64,000 bases of DNA from Eledone cirrhosa (taxonomy: Eukaryota). The stretch lies in contig OZ024743.1 of the NCBI GenBank assembly GCA_964016885.1, positions 296,050,001-296,114,000 of the forward strand, read 5' to 3'. The stretch's first letter is position 1, and the number at the start of each line of letters is the position of its first letter. Below are positions 26,619-40,788 of the stretch, in pieces. The notes below the pieces were generated by a model, which worked only from the letters and a program-made list of their open reading frames with translations, was not told where the DNA came from and did no database searches. A program made the position numbers and the translations under genes.

Positions 26619-27463
26619 GTATGTATGTATGTATGTATGTATGTATGTATGTATGTATGTATGTATGTATGTATGTATGTGTATATATATAAACAAAGCG
26701 TGAGAGAGAGAGGCCAACGGTGAAAATAAGACAGTCAGATTTGGAGTGTCAAAATAATCAAAGCTTGACCATCGGGCTTACATAATAATTACAAAATAAT
26801 ATGAGTGTATGGGTATGTAGGTAAAGGTGTGGGAAGCGACGAAATTTACATCGGCACTACCAATAATAAAGAATGTAAATACTTAAAACCATTACCTAAT
26901 CTCAACAGAGAAAACTCGGCGTCCCTATCAAAATACACTAGGGTCCCACTGGAGTATTATCTAAATATAACTATACACTGAACAAAATAATAAATGCCAC
27001 CCATACATGATTGTTTCTAACGCTAGCCCATGTGCACCGCAAAAAAATTATCATAATTACTAAATAAATATATTTGTTCAACAGTGAAATGAAATAATAT
27101 AGTGGATCAGACAGCAGACCAAACATTGTTAGCAAGTGGTGTAATCTGCAAATAGGATAATTGTCTATGATGTGACTGCAATGGGAATAACATTATATGC
27201 ACTACAATACCTCTTCCAATTGGATAATGAAATATTAATCTAGAATAGTAAATTATGATTTAGAAAAATCAGATGTAATTCATCATGAACTGTCAACTTG
27301 AATATTCGACAATATCAAAATCATATTTATCGAATTAGTACTAAACCTGATAACTGGGACAAGAAGATATAACGGAAGCAATCAACGCAAATATGCAAGA
27401 CAACTGCTGTACTAACAAACGAATAAGTGTTTTTCTTTCTTACCGTGTCCACAAGAGTGTCAG

Positions 27464-27745
27464 CTACAAAGCTTGGCTAGATGTGGTTCCACCGCAGCTT
27501 AACATATTGTTGTCCTTTCTCATTAAAATCTGCCAAGACCAATGCTGAGCAAGGGTTTTTTTTTCCAGCAGGGGGCATATCAGGAGATGCTGCGTAGTCT
27601 GCGGTTCGTTGCCGCAGTCGCACAGATTTTCCCGATCCTTTAAATATCCCCATTTTCCCAGATTAACGTTTGCACGACCAACACCAGATCTTAATCTGTT
27701 GAGGCATTTCCACACTGCATAGTTTATATCTGCTCCCGGGGGGCA
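27464..27745 (-). mobile_element. LINE ORF C-terminal fragment (Ingi/Vingi/RTEX-like)
   Basis: WKCLNRLRSGVGR..LGKWG..CDCG..QTTQHLLICP zinc-knuckle-like tail. Confidence 0.65.
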
Positions 27746-28094
27746 GTGCCACTCTCGCCTTCAGCTCCATTGTTGTTACACATGCAACCACAAGCAACGA
27801 ATAGGTAATAAACTGATAAACAACTGTATCACATTACTTTAGATTTCTATATACACCTCATTACAAGAAATATAAACTGTTTGCGTACAGAAGAAATATA
27901 ATTTTCAATTTTTTAATGTAATTCTGATTTTAAATGTTCAAGAAATTTTACAAAGTTGAAGTTATTTTTGTTTTAATGTTTCGCTTTGATTCTTTACAGC
28001 AAAACATATTTGTGGCTGTTTTTATCCTCCACTGATACAAGTATCAAGAGGTCATAGACTTATATGTGCACCTAGGTTTATATGTGAAGAAACA

Positions 28095-28545
28095 TGGTTT
28101 AGGGGTTAGAGTTGAATTCCCAATCATGAGGTTGTGGTATTAAACCCACAACCTCATGATTGATGCATTGTGTCCTTGAGCAAGATGTTTTATTTCACGC
28201 CAACTGCCAGGAGTTGCGACCAGTAGATAGTATCAGCAATTGGAAAGACCAATAAAAACATTGTTTCCTTGGTCCAATTTGTTGATTCTCACCTCATTCA
28301 GTAAGAGAATGAGGTCTGAGAACTTGTCGATTTGGATGTATATATCTATCTATCTATATATCTGTGGGGGGGGGGGTACTTAATTTACACAAACACAAAT
28401 TGTGGTTTGTGTGGTTAAAAGGTTCGGTTAGCAACTACGTGTTTCTGCTGCATGCCACCTAAAACAAGACTCATCTTCTATAGCTTCAAGTTAACAGCTT
28501 GTGATTAGAATTTAGTAGGCGGAAACTGAAGATGTACGTGTGTGT
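28095..28545 (+). mobile_element. Two decayed SINE-like fragments
   Basis: tRNA-like heads (ggggttagag.., gtgtggttaaaagg..), cattgtgtccttgagcaag and tagtaggcggaaactgaa segments resemble cephalopod SINE bodies as I recall them. Confidence 0.4.
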
Positions 28546-28983
28546 GTATGTATGAATATTTCAATTATATTCTCTATTAATTATTCCACTCTATTCATTC
28601 TTATGGTATTAGAGAGTCAGTTCCTTCTTACCTATTGTTATAGTTGTTCTTATTTTAGAGATAAAAATATCGATATAACAGCAGGCAATGTGCAAAAATA
28701 GCCCCCAACACACACAGACATTATGCATATAGAGGGGTCTACAAGGAGTAGACAATTATAGGAGAGAGTAGATGATTTATCTATAAGAGATATGAAGAAG
28801 TTTTAATTAATACTGAATTAGCCTGACCACGTGTTCTAATTAACTTGGCCTTCAACACAAAATACACTTCACAGCATGACTAATTACGTTTACATAGACA
28901 CAATATGCAGAATAATAAATTGTAATACATATATATATGTGTGTGTGGATGTGTGTGTGTGCGTGTGTGTGTGTGTGTGTGTA

Positions 28984-29015
<32 letters not shown>

Positions 29016-29919
29016 CGTGTGTGTGTTTGTGTTTGTGTGTGTGTCTGTGTGTGAACACGCCTATGGTATGAATAACGCCCATACACAATATGTGTTCTAG
29101 TGAAATTCTAGGTAAGGTACAAACAAATGCGATAGTTACTCTCACAATCTTCACAAGGCTCGTCTCTACCAATCTGCAACTCTACCACTACAAATGTGAT
29201 CTCTTCCATGATGACTACCATTGCAACCATCACACTTTCTCTCACTAGCAACAACCTATGTCCACAATCACAATCACTATCAATAGTTATATTAGTATCA
29301 CCATCATCTTTACCGGTACCCTCTCCATTATCTTCTTCGTTGTCACCTTTACTACAATTACGCGTCAAACATCAACAACCTTAATCACTACCGTTACTGC
29401 CATGAACATTTTCATTAATACTGCCTCTAACACACACATATTGACACAAAACCTCATATACACACTCGTACACATAAACTCATTTAAACATACTGTCAAT
29501 ATTTGCAACTACAACTGTATCATGATTTTATGATTTGGGACAATATGTCTCATTACTAGCTCTCGTTGCTTCAGTGATATTGACTAAGGTATGAGAGGCG
29601 ATATATGTGTGTATATCTATCTGTATCTGTAAGTGTATTTCTGCATGCCTGTTTTGTTCTTCTATGTGTGTATATCCTCGTAAATATACATGGATCTGTA
29701 TGTGTGTATATCCTCGTAAATATACATGGATCGTTAGCGGTCTTCTAGATCCACATGCAAAAGAATCTAATGCAAATAAAGCATTGATGTATTAACAAAT
29801 CATTAACGGTATACCAGTGACAGTCAACAATATACGCAGAATTTAAATATAAACATACACACACACACGCACGCGTGCACGTATACATACATATGTACAC
29901 TCATACACACACGCATATA

Positions 29920-30925
<1,006 letters not shown>

Positions 30926-31392
30926 TTCATTGAGTTTGTGTGTGTGAATAAAATGAAAGCGAACGCGTAGTAAATGCTGTTAAATTTGCATAGACATGTA
31001 TACACACACACACACACACACACACATTACACACACACGCACATACACATCCGATTTTATAGTGACAAGCGCTTGTGAGACATAAGAGCCACTCGCAAAA
31101 TGTTTGAAGTTAAACTAGAAACAAGCAAAAACAAGTCAAGCTGTTCAAATCGCACAAGCACCCCAATATTAAAGATTTTTAATAAGATTTTTCGAAATTT
31201 CCTAAATATTTCATACGTATTTACATTGATATGTATAAACATATAAATATACATATACACATATTTTCTTCCGCCAAAATGCATTCCAACACCAACACCA
31301 CGCGTGCATGGTGGGTTTGTCTGTTCTATAGCCGTCGATCTGACTATCCATGGAATTATATTTCGATACACACTACCTGTAGCCTTCCAGAG

Positions 31393-31506
<114 letters not shown>

Positions 31507-33422
31507 CGAAGGAAGTGTGGTAAGGAACCAGGTGGACCATAACACACCAGAATACTCGATACTTTAGGTAGTAGAGTGGGTAATAGGAAAAGGATCAAAC
31601 CCCGACGGCAGAGCTCAAGCCGTTTCGACGGCTATTTCTGGACTAAATTAAATTTTTAGCGTGGTAATAATGTAGCCGAATTTTTCAAGGGTAGTTCCAT
31701 ATATGGGCATGCGATAATCATACATTTTTGAAGGTTGTAGTTGTCAAAGGCATTGGTTGAAGTTTCTTGTAAACACAGTTAAATCTTTCATGGGGTAAGG
31801 GGTGGGGTGGCTGAACTTGCCTGTAGAACAATGGGGGAGTGGGTGAAGCCGGTCAAGCGTTGAAAGTAAATTCTATACAGAAAATTCTAAGGAGTGTTGA
31901 TGAAGTAGGCTAGCTAGAAAGCAAGCGAAAATAGAATTCTACAGCAATCTGAAAAGGGGAAATTATAAAATTAAAAAATTAAAAAATTAAAAAATTTAAA
32001 ATTTAAAAAATTAAAATTTTTTTTTTTTTTAAATAGAGTCTAAAACAGCTGCTATATTTTTAGCTGGTATTGCGTTTTCAGCCAATGCTATATAGAATTC
32101 ACAGGGTGGGGTACTGAAGCTACAAAAGCCGATGGGCTGCCTCATGGAAAGCGAAAGAGGAAAAAGAAAAAGGAAGAGAGGGAGTGAAGGACCAACTCCT
32201 AAACAAAAGAGAAGAACTTGTAACTGCATGTAAACACCGATTGCATAGGACTTACCTTGCCTTCAAAGCCCCTCATGACCTGGGTGGGTAGACAGACAGG
32301 GCTGTAACATCCCTCTTTTCCCCACTTGCCGAACAAGATAGGAGAAACCCCAGCATACATAGGTAGATGTAATTCTTTTCTTTTTTTCCCTTTTATCTCT
32401 TCTTCTCACTTCCTTCCACTCCCTCTCCTCTTCCTTTTTCTTTTTCACAGCACACACATCTTCCCCTTATCAGCTCTCAAAGCAGTAAAATGGTTTCTCA
32501 CGATTTAATTGAGAGCACCCTTTTCAAATGCTGGATCGTGCAACAGAAAAATAAATCTTTCTGTTGGTATGATGTGTGTGATAAAACAAACAGCACTGGT
32601 AGAAGGACGAAAGAAGACAAAGAAAAGAAAATAACGGGATAGCGAACTTCAAGCTGCGTTGTATGTTCTAAATAGAAAGGTAATCATAGATATGATAAAG
32701 TTAAATGAATAAACATTGTTGTCTCGGGTCGAATGATATACGATATGTTTACGAATAAACATTTGAAAGCCTTTACAATTTTATGAATTTTAAATTAACC
32801 TTGAGTTCCAGTACGAGGAAAGGTGCGCATGACATTGACAACGGCTACACAGTCAGAAACAGCAGTTGGTTGCTTCCCCCTTACTTCTGCTGGAATTAGA
32901 TAGGTGGCGCCAGCCAGCACCTTTAAAATTCATATCTAAATGCTTTTAAATGTTTATTCGTAAACATATCGTATATTAAACAATATACGAACTATTTTCT
33001 CCAGCTGTATACATGTATGTATACAGCTGGAGCAAATACCTTAATTCTATTTCTTGTTCAGGCCGAACTAGCCGAATGCTCGGTATGCAAATAAGGCTAA
33101 TCAGCCCATATACATAATCGTTAAAAATATGTTTGCGGTTTATTTGCGTTCCAGAACGAGGCGAGTAAAGGAGTGCGTAACCTTGGCAACGATGAAACAT
33201 CCAGAAACAACTGTCGGTACCATTCCTCCCTTGCTTCTGCTGGAACTAGGTAGGTGGCTCCAACTAGATGGCTCCAAATGCTTTCAAATGTTTATTCGTA
33301 AACTTATCGTATATTATTCGATATACACATTTGACATATATATATATGGGTGGGGCACTTCCTGGTACGTTGAGGTTTACCATAAACAAAAATTCATGCC
33401 GTCAGCACTTTCTTCTATTCTC

Positions 33423-33550
<128 letters not shown>

Positions 33551-34327
33551 ACGCGCATGCATATGCATTTATGCTCCTCCGTGCTTTTCTGTGTTTAGTA
33601 TGTATGCATTAATAACAATAGTAAAAATATTCGTTGCCATACCAACTGACTTGAAGTTGTTGTGAGTTATGTGTTATATATTGAGGCTTTTGTTTTCTTT
33701 GGTGTGAGATCTGAGGTTATTTTTAGTCGCTAGACTGCTTGCCGACTTTGTTTAGAACATATTTCTCTAATATGGAGATTGGTGTTTAACATGGTGCATT
33801 TATAATTTATTATGCTGATATGGTTTGGTATCTAATGTTATCTCTACTAGAAAGTCGTATCTGCTCTCTACCCAGATATCACTGTTAAGTTGATGTGACT
33901 GCTAGTATAGTGTCACTAACAATAGTTAGCATCATTCTTTTTTCCTTCTCTGATCTGCATTTAGTCTTTACTATTGCTACAGAGATTTCGACACTATCTG
34001 ATTCAATGACGAGATATAATGATGCTTCGCTTTATGAGAAAACACATTTTTTTGTTATCTCTGGATCAGAATATTTGATGTGTTGTTTGATTAAGTACTT
34101 TTGTTTACGGCGTTGTTAGTGGTGGTGTTAGTGTTGGTGGTGATAGTAGTGGTTATGGTAGGAGAGGGGGTAGAGGTGATGGCATAGGTTGCTGAGAAGT
34201 ATGCAAATACAATCCATGTATGTGTAATGCTTATGATTATGTAGTATAGTTTTTTTTATTGTTTCCTGGTTTCTAAATTATTTTCTGTACGTGTTATCAC
34301 AAACACACACATACATACATACACACA

Positions 34328-34366
<39 letters not shown>

Positions 34367-34424
34367 ACATATATATATATATACATATACATATGCATAC
34401 ATACATACATACATACATACATAC

Positions 34425-34455
<31 letters not shown>

Positions 34456-34465
34456 CATACATACA

Positions 34466-34550
<85 letters not shown>

Positions 34551-34594
34551 ATACTTTGGGAGGGTCATGTTGCCAATAAAGAAATTCAGAAACG

Positions 34595-34702
<108 letters not shown>

Positions 34703-35078
34703 ATATATATATATGTGTGTGTGTGTATGTGTGTGTGTATGTATGTATGTGTGTGTTTGTGATAACACGTACTGAAAATAATTATATATATATATATATA
34801 TATCAAGTAAAAATAACGGAGCAAAGGACTCGCGTATAATCCTGTGATTAAATGAGCTCAAAGGAAATAGTTTTCCTGGGCTCTTTAAATACAATATATA
34901 GAGGGGAAAGACACAGGAGAGTGTGTTTTTCATTACATGAATTTGGTTTTTCATTTCAATTCATACTTTTAATTTTAATGTTTTACCAATGCCTCTAGTA
35001 GCTTATATTCTTCTCACGCTGGTGGTTCTAAATTCATGTAATGAAAAACACACTCTCCTGTGTCTTTCCTCTCTATAT

Positions 35079-35111
<33 letters not shown>

Positions 35112-35119
<8 letters not shown>

Positions 35120-35986
35120 GAAAGGTATAGAAATTGTTGCAGCGAGAAGCTAACATTATTCCTTAACATATATGCGACTATAGCGTCAAAATGGGAAAAA
35201 TAGTTAACGTAAGATGCGGGAAAAAACAATTCAAACTCATCTCAAAGAGAATCAGGATATAAATTCATCCACAGAATTTAGTGAAATCCAGGGAAAAATC
35301 AATAGAGCCTTAACTCATGATAAAATAAAGTCTAAAATACCCATCCTTCAATTTGGAAAAACTTCAAATGCTCTGTATAGTCTTAAAGACTATTTCATGA
35401 AAACTTTCAGTGGAGATGGTCACGGTTGGATTTCAAACGTCAGCAGAGCTCAACTCGATAACCAGGACTCTCACAGATTTATATGCCAAAAAGGGAATTT
35501 TAAAACTGGCTAGTTCACCATCATGCGTGATTATGAAAAACGCACATGAGGAAAAACAGGGCTAGTGACGTCAGAATGAGACAAATGTTTGTTTACAAGA
35601 AACAACAGTCAAAAACATTCCGAAAAAACTCTACAGAAGAAGTTCAGCAAAAAGCAATATTATCGCAGGTTTTATTTAAAAAACCGGGATTAGTCACAAA
35701 TAATTTAAGCACTCTAGGAAAAACTCCGAGTATAAATATATAAATGAAAGGTATAGAAATTGTTGTAGCGAGAAGCTAACAGTATTCCATAACATATATG
35801 CGACTATAGCGTCAAAATGGGAAAAATAGTTAACGTAAGATGTGGGAAAAAAACAATTCAAACTCATCTCAAAGAGAATCAGGATATAAATTCATCCACA
35901 GAATTTAGTGGAATCCAGGGAAAAATCAATAGAGCCTTAACTCATGATAAAATAAAGTCTAAAATACTCATCCTTCAATTTGGAAA

Positions 35987-35990
<4 letters not shown>
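35112..35990. mobile_element. TA-flanked non-coding element with ~255-bp terminal direct repeats
   Basis: 35112-35363 is nearly identical to 35738-35990 (ataaatgaaaggtatagaaattg...tttggaaaaact). (TA)n on both sides. Confidence 0.7.
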
Positions 35991-36081
<91 letters not shown>

Positions 36082-38028
36082 TATATACATAGATATAGAT
36101 ATAATAAGCAGGCTAGAATAAAGTGTCAAGATTGTATCATATACATACTTTATTCACACATGACATGTGTTTCGTTATTGATTGACTCGAGGTACGATCG
36201 GTCATGTTCTCAGATGTGTGTTCGTGCTTACATCCAAATGTGTATGAAAAGGTTAGACATCCTTTTTGTATATGTAGCTTCGGTCTGAACGGTGTTATTT
36301 GCCGCAAACACACTAAAAAGAACAGATTGAATATAAATACAATTAGTTATAGATAAGTAGATAAAAAAGAAAAAAGTAAAAACGTAATTGTTGAAAAAAG
36401 CGAATGATGAAGCAATTAATAATAGAGAAACGGGAGGACAACAGGTGTTCGTTGATAAACTGGCTATAGAAATCATATATAGCCATAGGCTTTGTGTTAC
36501 TAGAGTTGTTGGAAATGTCATATTATCAGATCAGTCTGTGTCGGTTATCAATGTGTAGTGTCAAGCCTACCGAATGTTATTGAGATTCAATGGGGAAGAG
36601 GTCACAACAGCTATAATAGCAATAACAACACTAGCAAGGTCACCGACCATGGATCAGTGTTAATGAATTTAGAAGTAGCAACACCAATACCAACAACATA
36701 AGCACCACCAACAACGACAACCAAGTCACCGACCACAGGTCAATTTAGGCGAGACAGTGGGAATTCGTCTCTTTCGTGTTCGGTCACATTGCACCGGGCA
36801 TTGACTTCTGCCTGGTACTAAGTAATTTTTGTCAATTTATTTGTCAATTTATCAACATTCAAGGTGTAATACAGGTCAGTTTCACCTAGACAGCGTCAGG
36901 AACAACAACACCCTCAGCATCAACTTCACCATCACAAACAACAACTTCAGCACCAACAACTGTTTTTTTTTTTGCTAATTGCCCGAATAGTAAGCAGAGA
37001 AGCTTCCCTGTGGAGATTGTGATCGTGGGACTGATCAACAGCAGCAAGAACAACAACAACAATCCAGCCCCCCAAACAACAACAAGAGCAACAACTACAA
37101 TTCCGCCGGATTCCAATCATTTTGTTGGTCGCACAAGAGCACCATCTACGATCATGTTAGCAGTCGTGGTGTCATGTGCCGTGTGTTAGTACAAGGGAAT
37201 TAATAATTTAAACAAAAATACATTAAATGAAACTCGGGACAGCGATAGGTTGTTGGGTGTAATGGTTATTAGTGTGTAGCTGCTTGTTTAGATATAAAAA
37301 TAGTTACTAAAAACAGTATCGTACCGGTGATTAGAATAGTGTATCCAAGTATTAAGATATTTCAATATACATAATTATTCAAACGTTCACAAGGTGTTTA
37401 GATATATTCCAAAACAGGAGGTACACAGGGCAAAGACAACGGAAAAACGGAGTCCCAACTTCTCAATCAGCCTCTGGAAATCACTATAGTTTCAATGCAT
37501 TAATATTTTTACTGTTCATTCCAATGCACATTGGGACGCAACAAAACAGGTAGAAACAACCACAGGATAAGTTATACATTTTGGTGAATTATACAAGTAA
37601 AAAGACAAAAAGAAAAATACTATAAATCAAAGTGTGTCAACTGAAAAGGAAGGGTAAATGAAAGGAAACGACTGCGCTTAATATTGACGTTCACATAGGG
37701 ATTAATATTTTCTTTGTTAAGGCCACTTTATAGTATAGGATTATGAGACAAGATGATAGATCAACAGAGTTCTAACTTGGCCTTAATATATATTATTTTA
37801 TTTATTATTTTATTATTTTTCTGATTTGAGTTTTTAGTATGCGGTCATGTTAGGGCATCGTGTTGAAAGGATTAATCAATATCTAGCAGCAGTACTTAAG
37901 TTTTTCAAAAACCTTGTATTTATTTTATCGATCTTGTTTCTTAACTCCTAATTTACGGGACATAAACAAACAGTAAACGTAAACATAGTCACGGACACAC
38001 TATCTATGAAGTGAAGAGGAGAGAGAGG

Positions 38029-38085
38029 AAGATAGATAGCTAGATCGATCGATCGATCGATCGATCGATAGATAAATAGATAGAT

Positions 38086-38137
<52 letters not shown>
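38029..38137. repeat. (GATA)n/(GATC)n tract, left border of the LINE array
   Basis: Seen directly in the sequence. Confidence 0.95.
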
Positions 38138-38138
<1 letters not shown>

Positions 38139-38336
38139 TCATTATTTGCCACTGGGGCGTACCTAATGGGACATTACAAGACGGGGGTTTTACATAACAA
38201 TCATACAACTTTAACATTAATAAATAACAATAAACTATATGTAATAAAATAACAATTGAAATCCCCAATAGGGGGGAACGTTACTGCAGGGTTGTTTTAC
38301 ACCCCGAGGATAGAACAACCCTCCACACCAGGAACA
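38138..38336 (-). mobile_element. Tx1-like LINE E1 (3' UTR only)
   Basis: Similar to the 3' UTR of E4 (40789-40995). GATA repeats on both sides. Confidence 0.85.
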
Positions 38337-38346
38337 ATAGATAGAT

Positions 38347-39202
38347 ATGTTTCTTTATTAGCCACAGGGGCACAAAAGAAGAGGACAATTACAAAGGGAG
38401 GAGTTTACATACAATAAAAACATGTAAAATATTATCACAAATGCAAATTAAAAGTTAATCGATTTTCCCCAATAGGGGGAGACAGTTCATATGGGTAGCA
38501 CATACCCCCGAAAAAAATGTGCAACCCTCATCTCCAGCAGTACGAAGAGTTTGTACCCCTTTCCTCTCTTCCTCTTTTCCCTCAAACTACAGTCTGATAT
38601 AGAGAGAAGGCCCATTCACTCGGGCCATTCTTGCCACTTTCACCGACCTTTCATAAAACTTGCTGGGGTACAGCACCTCTCTCTCCATCCTGATTCTTCT
38701 TCCAAAGTGGTATTTGAAAAAAATAATCAGTTGTTGGCCGGAGAGATGGGTGTCTGACCTCAGCCCTTTTAACCTCGTCCACCATGCAACCTCTTTCGCC
38801 ATAGCTATCACACAAAGGAAAACCGCCTGTCCTTCGTTTTTTGAAGGAGGATGGCGGTTTGATCATGACAATGGACTCGGTGGTCAATCGGATTGGTCCT
38901 ACCCGCGACAATAGTCGTTCTACATAGCCCCACAGGTCGGTAACGCCCGGGCAGTGTATGAATGCGTGCGCGACGGTTTCTTCGTCTCGCACGCATCTCG
39001 GACAGATCTTTTTCGAAGGGTCCCTGCTCGGGCGCCCATGTCTGTAGAGCTTGTCACGAATTGGTAGAGCTCCTCGGTAGCACTGCCAGGCCAGGGACTT
39101 TTGGAAGTTGTCCATCGGTCCCGGGCGGAAGGTCCTACCGAATAGACTGGCCAGTTCGTCTTCTTCCGCGCCTAGAGTTTTTCCGAGCGCGTCGTCGCAC
39201 AC
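38347..39202 (-). mobile_element. Tx1-like LINE E2 (5'-truncated)
   Basis: FQKSLAWQCYRGALP, CPRC..ETVAHAFIHC. Frameshifted. Flanked by GATA repeats. Confidence 0.9.
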
Positions 39203-39224
39203 AATAGATAGATAGATAGATAGA

Positions 39225-40756
39225 TTTCTTTATTTGCCACAAGGGCGCACAAGAAAAGGGTACAATACAAAGACACATGCCGGGGATTTTACATACAATC
39301 GTGTAAAAATATTATTAAAACAAGAAAATTTAACAATTGAAATCCCCAATAGGGGGGAGACGTTACAAATAGGTTGTTTAATACCCCTTTGATAGAACAC
39401 CCCTCAACTCTAGGAGCGTGTTGTGCAAAAGCTCCTTTCTTCCTTTTGCTCTCATCTTCAACCTACAGGTTTATATACAGAGAAGGCCCAATCACTCGGG
39501 CCATTTCTGCTACATTCACCCCACCTTTCAGTAAATTTACTGGGGTGCAGTGCCTCTCTCTCCCCTTTGATTCTCCTTCTAAAGTGGTACCTAAAGAAGG
39601 GAATGGGTTGTTGTCCGGAGAGAAAGGCATCTGTCCTCAGTCCTCTCAATCTCGTCCACCATATAATCTCTTTTACCATAGCCACTATACAGAGGAAAAC
39701 CGCCTCTCTTTTGTTTTTGAAAGAAGTTGGCGGTTTGATACTTACTATGGACTTGGCAGTCAACTGGATTTGTCCCATACGTGACAGCAGTTGTTCTGCG
39801 TAGTTCCACAGGTCGGTTACGCCCGGGAAGTGTACAATTGCGTGCAAGACGGTTTCAATGTCCTTCTCGCATCTTGAACACGTCCTCTTGGAAGGATCCC
39901 TGCCGAGGCGTTCGTGCCTGTAGATCTTGTCTCGAACTGGTAGAGCTCCTCGGTAGCACTGCCAGGCCAGGGACCTGGATAGTTGTCCATAGGTCCCGGG
40001 CGGAAAGTACTACCAAACAGTCTGGTGAGCTCGTCGTCTTCGATGCCCAGAGTCTCTCCGAGTACGTCGTCGCACTTGTAACGCACTAACCCTCTATAGA
40101 ATGTCGAAGTGGAGTCTCCACTGATTGCTGTGCCCGCTTGAAAGAGGATTGTGGGCGCCTGAGAGCATTCAATGTGCCAGGCGCCCATTTTCTTCGGGAT
40201 CCGCTTGACCCAGGACTGCAACTCCGTCAGCGAGACAAGTTGCGGGAAGGCTTGTCTCAGAAATGGGGCCCACACCGGTTGTTCGGTGAGGAATACCTGT
40301 AGATGTCGTAGCCTCAGCGCGTGTTTGCGCATCATCAGCCACGGCATTCTCAGCCCTCCGTTGGAAGGGTGCTGACAACAGACGGATCTCCTCACCAGTG
40401 GAGCCTGGAAGAGCATGCGTTCCATCTTGGTGAGGTATTCACGGGGACAAGGCACGACGGTCAAGCGGTAGTAGATGACGGACGCTATAAAAGTGTTCGC
40501 CACCTCCGCTCGACCTTTCAAGGATAGTTTGCACTCTGCCCAATTCTGGGTGAGTGCAAATACCTTGTTTCAATTTTTTTCCACCTGGAGGTCCGGACCG
40601 AACCAGACGCCAAGCAATTTCACCGGTCGTTCCGTCCAGCGTCCGGCGATGCTGTCGGACGGTATCGGTTTGCCACTCCACGTTCCGAGTTGCAAACCTA
40701 CAGACTTGTCCGGGTTCAGTTTTGCTCCTGTGAGCCTTTCGTATTCCTGCAGTAAG
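39225..40756 (-). mobile_element. Tx1-like LINE E3 (5'-truncated)
   Basis: KGRAEVANTFIASVIYYRL, GGLRMPW, zf-RVT-like end. Several frameshifts. Flanked by GATA. Confidence 0.9.
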
Positions 40757-40788
40757 GATAGATAGATAAGTGGTTAGATAGATAGATA

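Noticed and set aside
32180-32240. Short minus-strand GTAAGT...TTTGTTTAG intron-like segment
   Set aside because: No credible coding exons on either side, so no gene can be supported.
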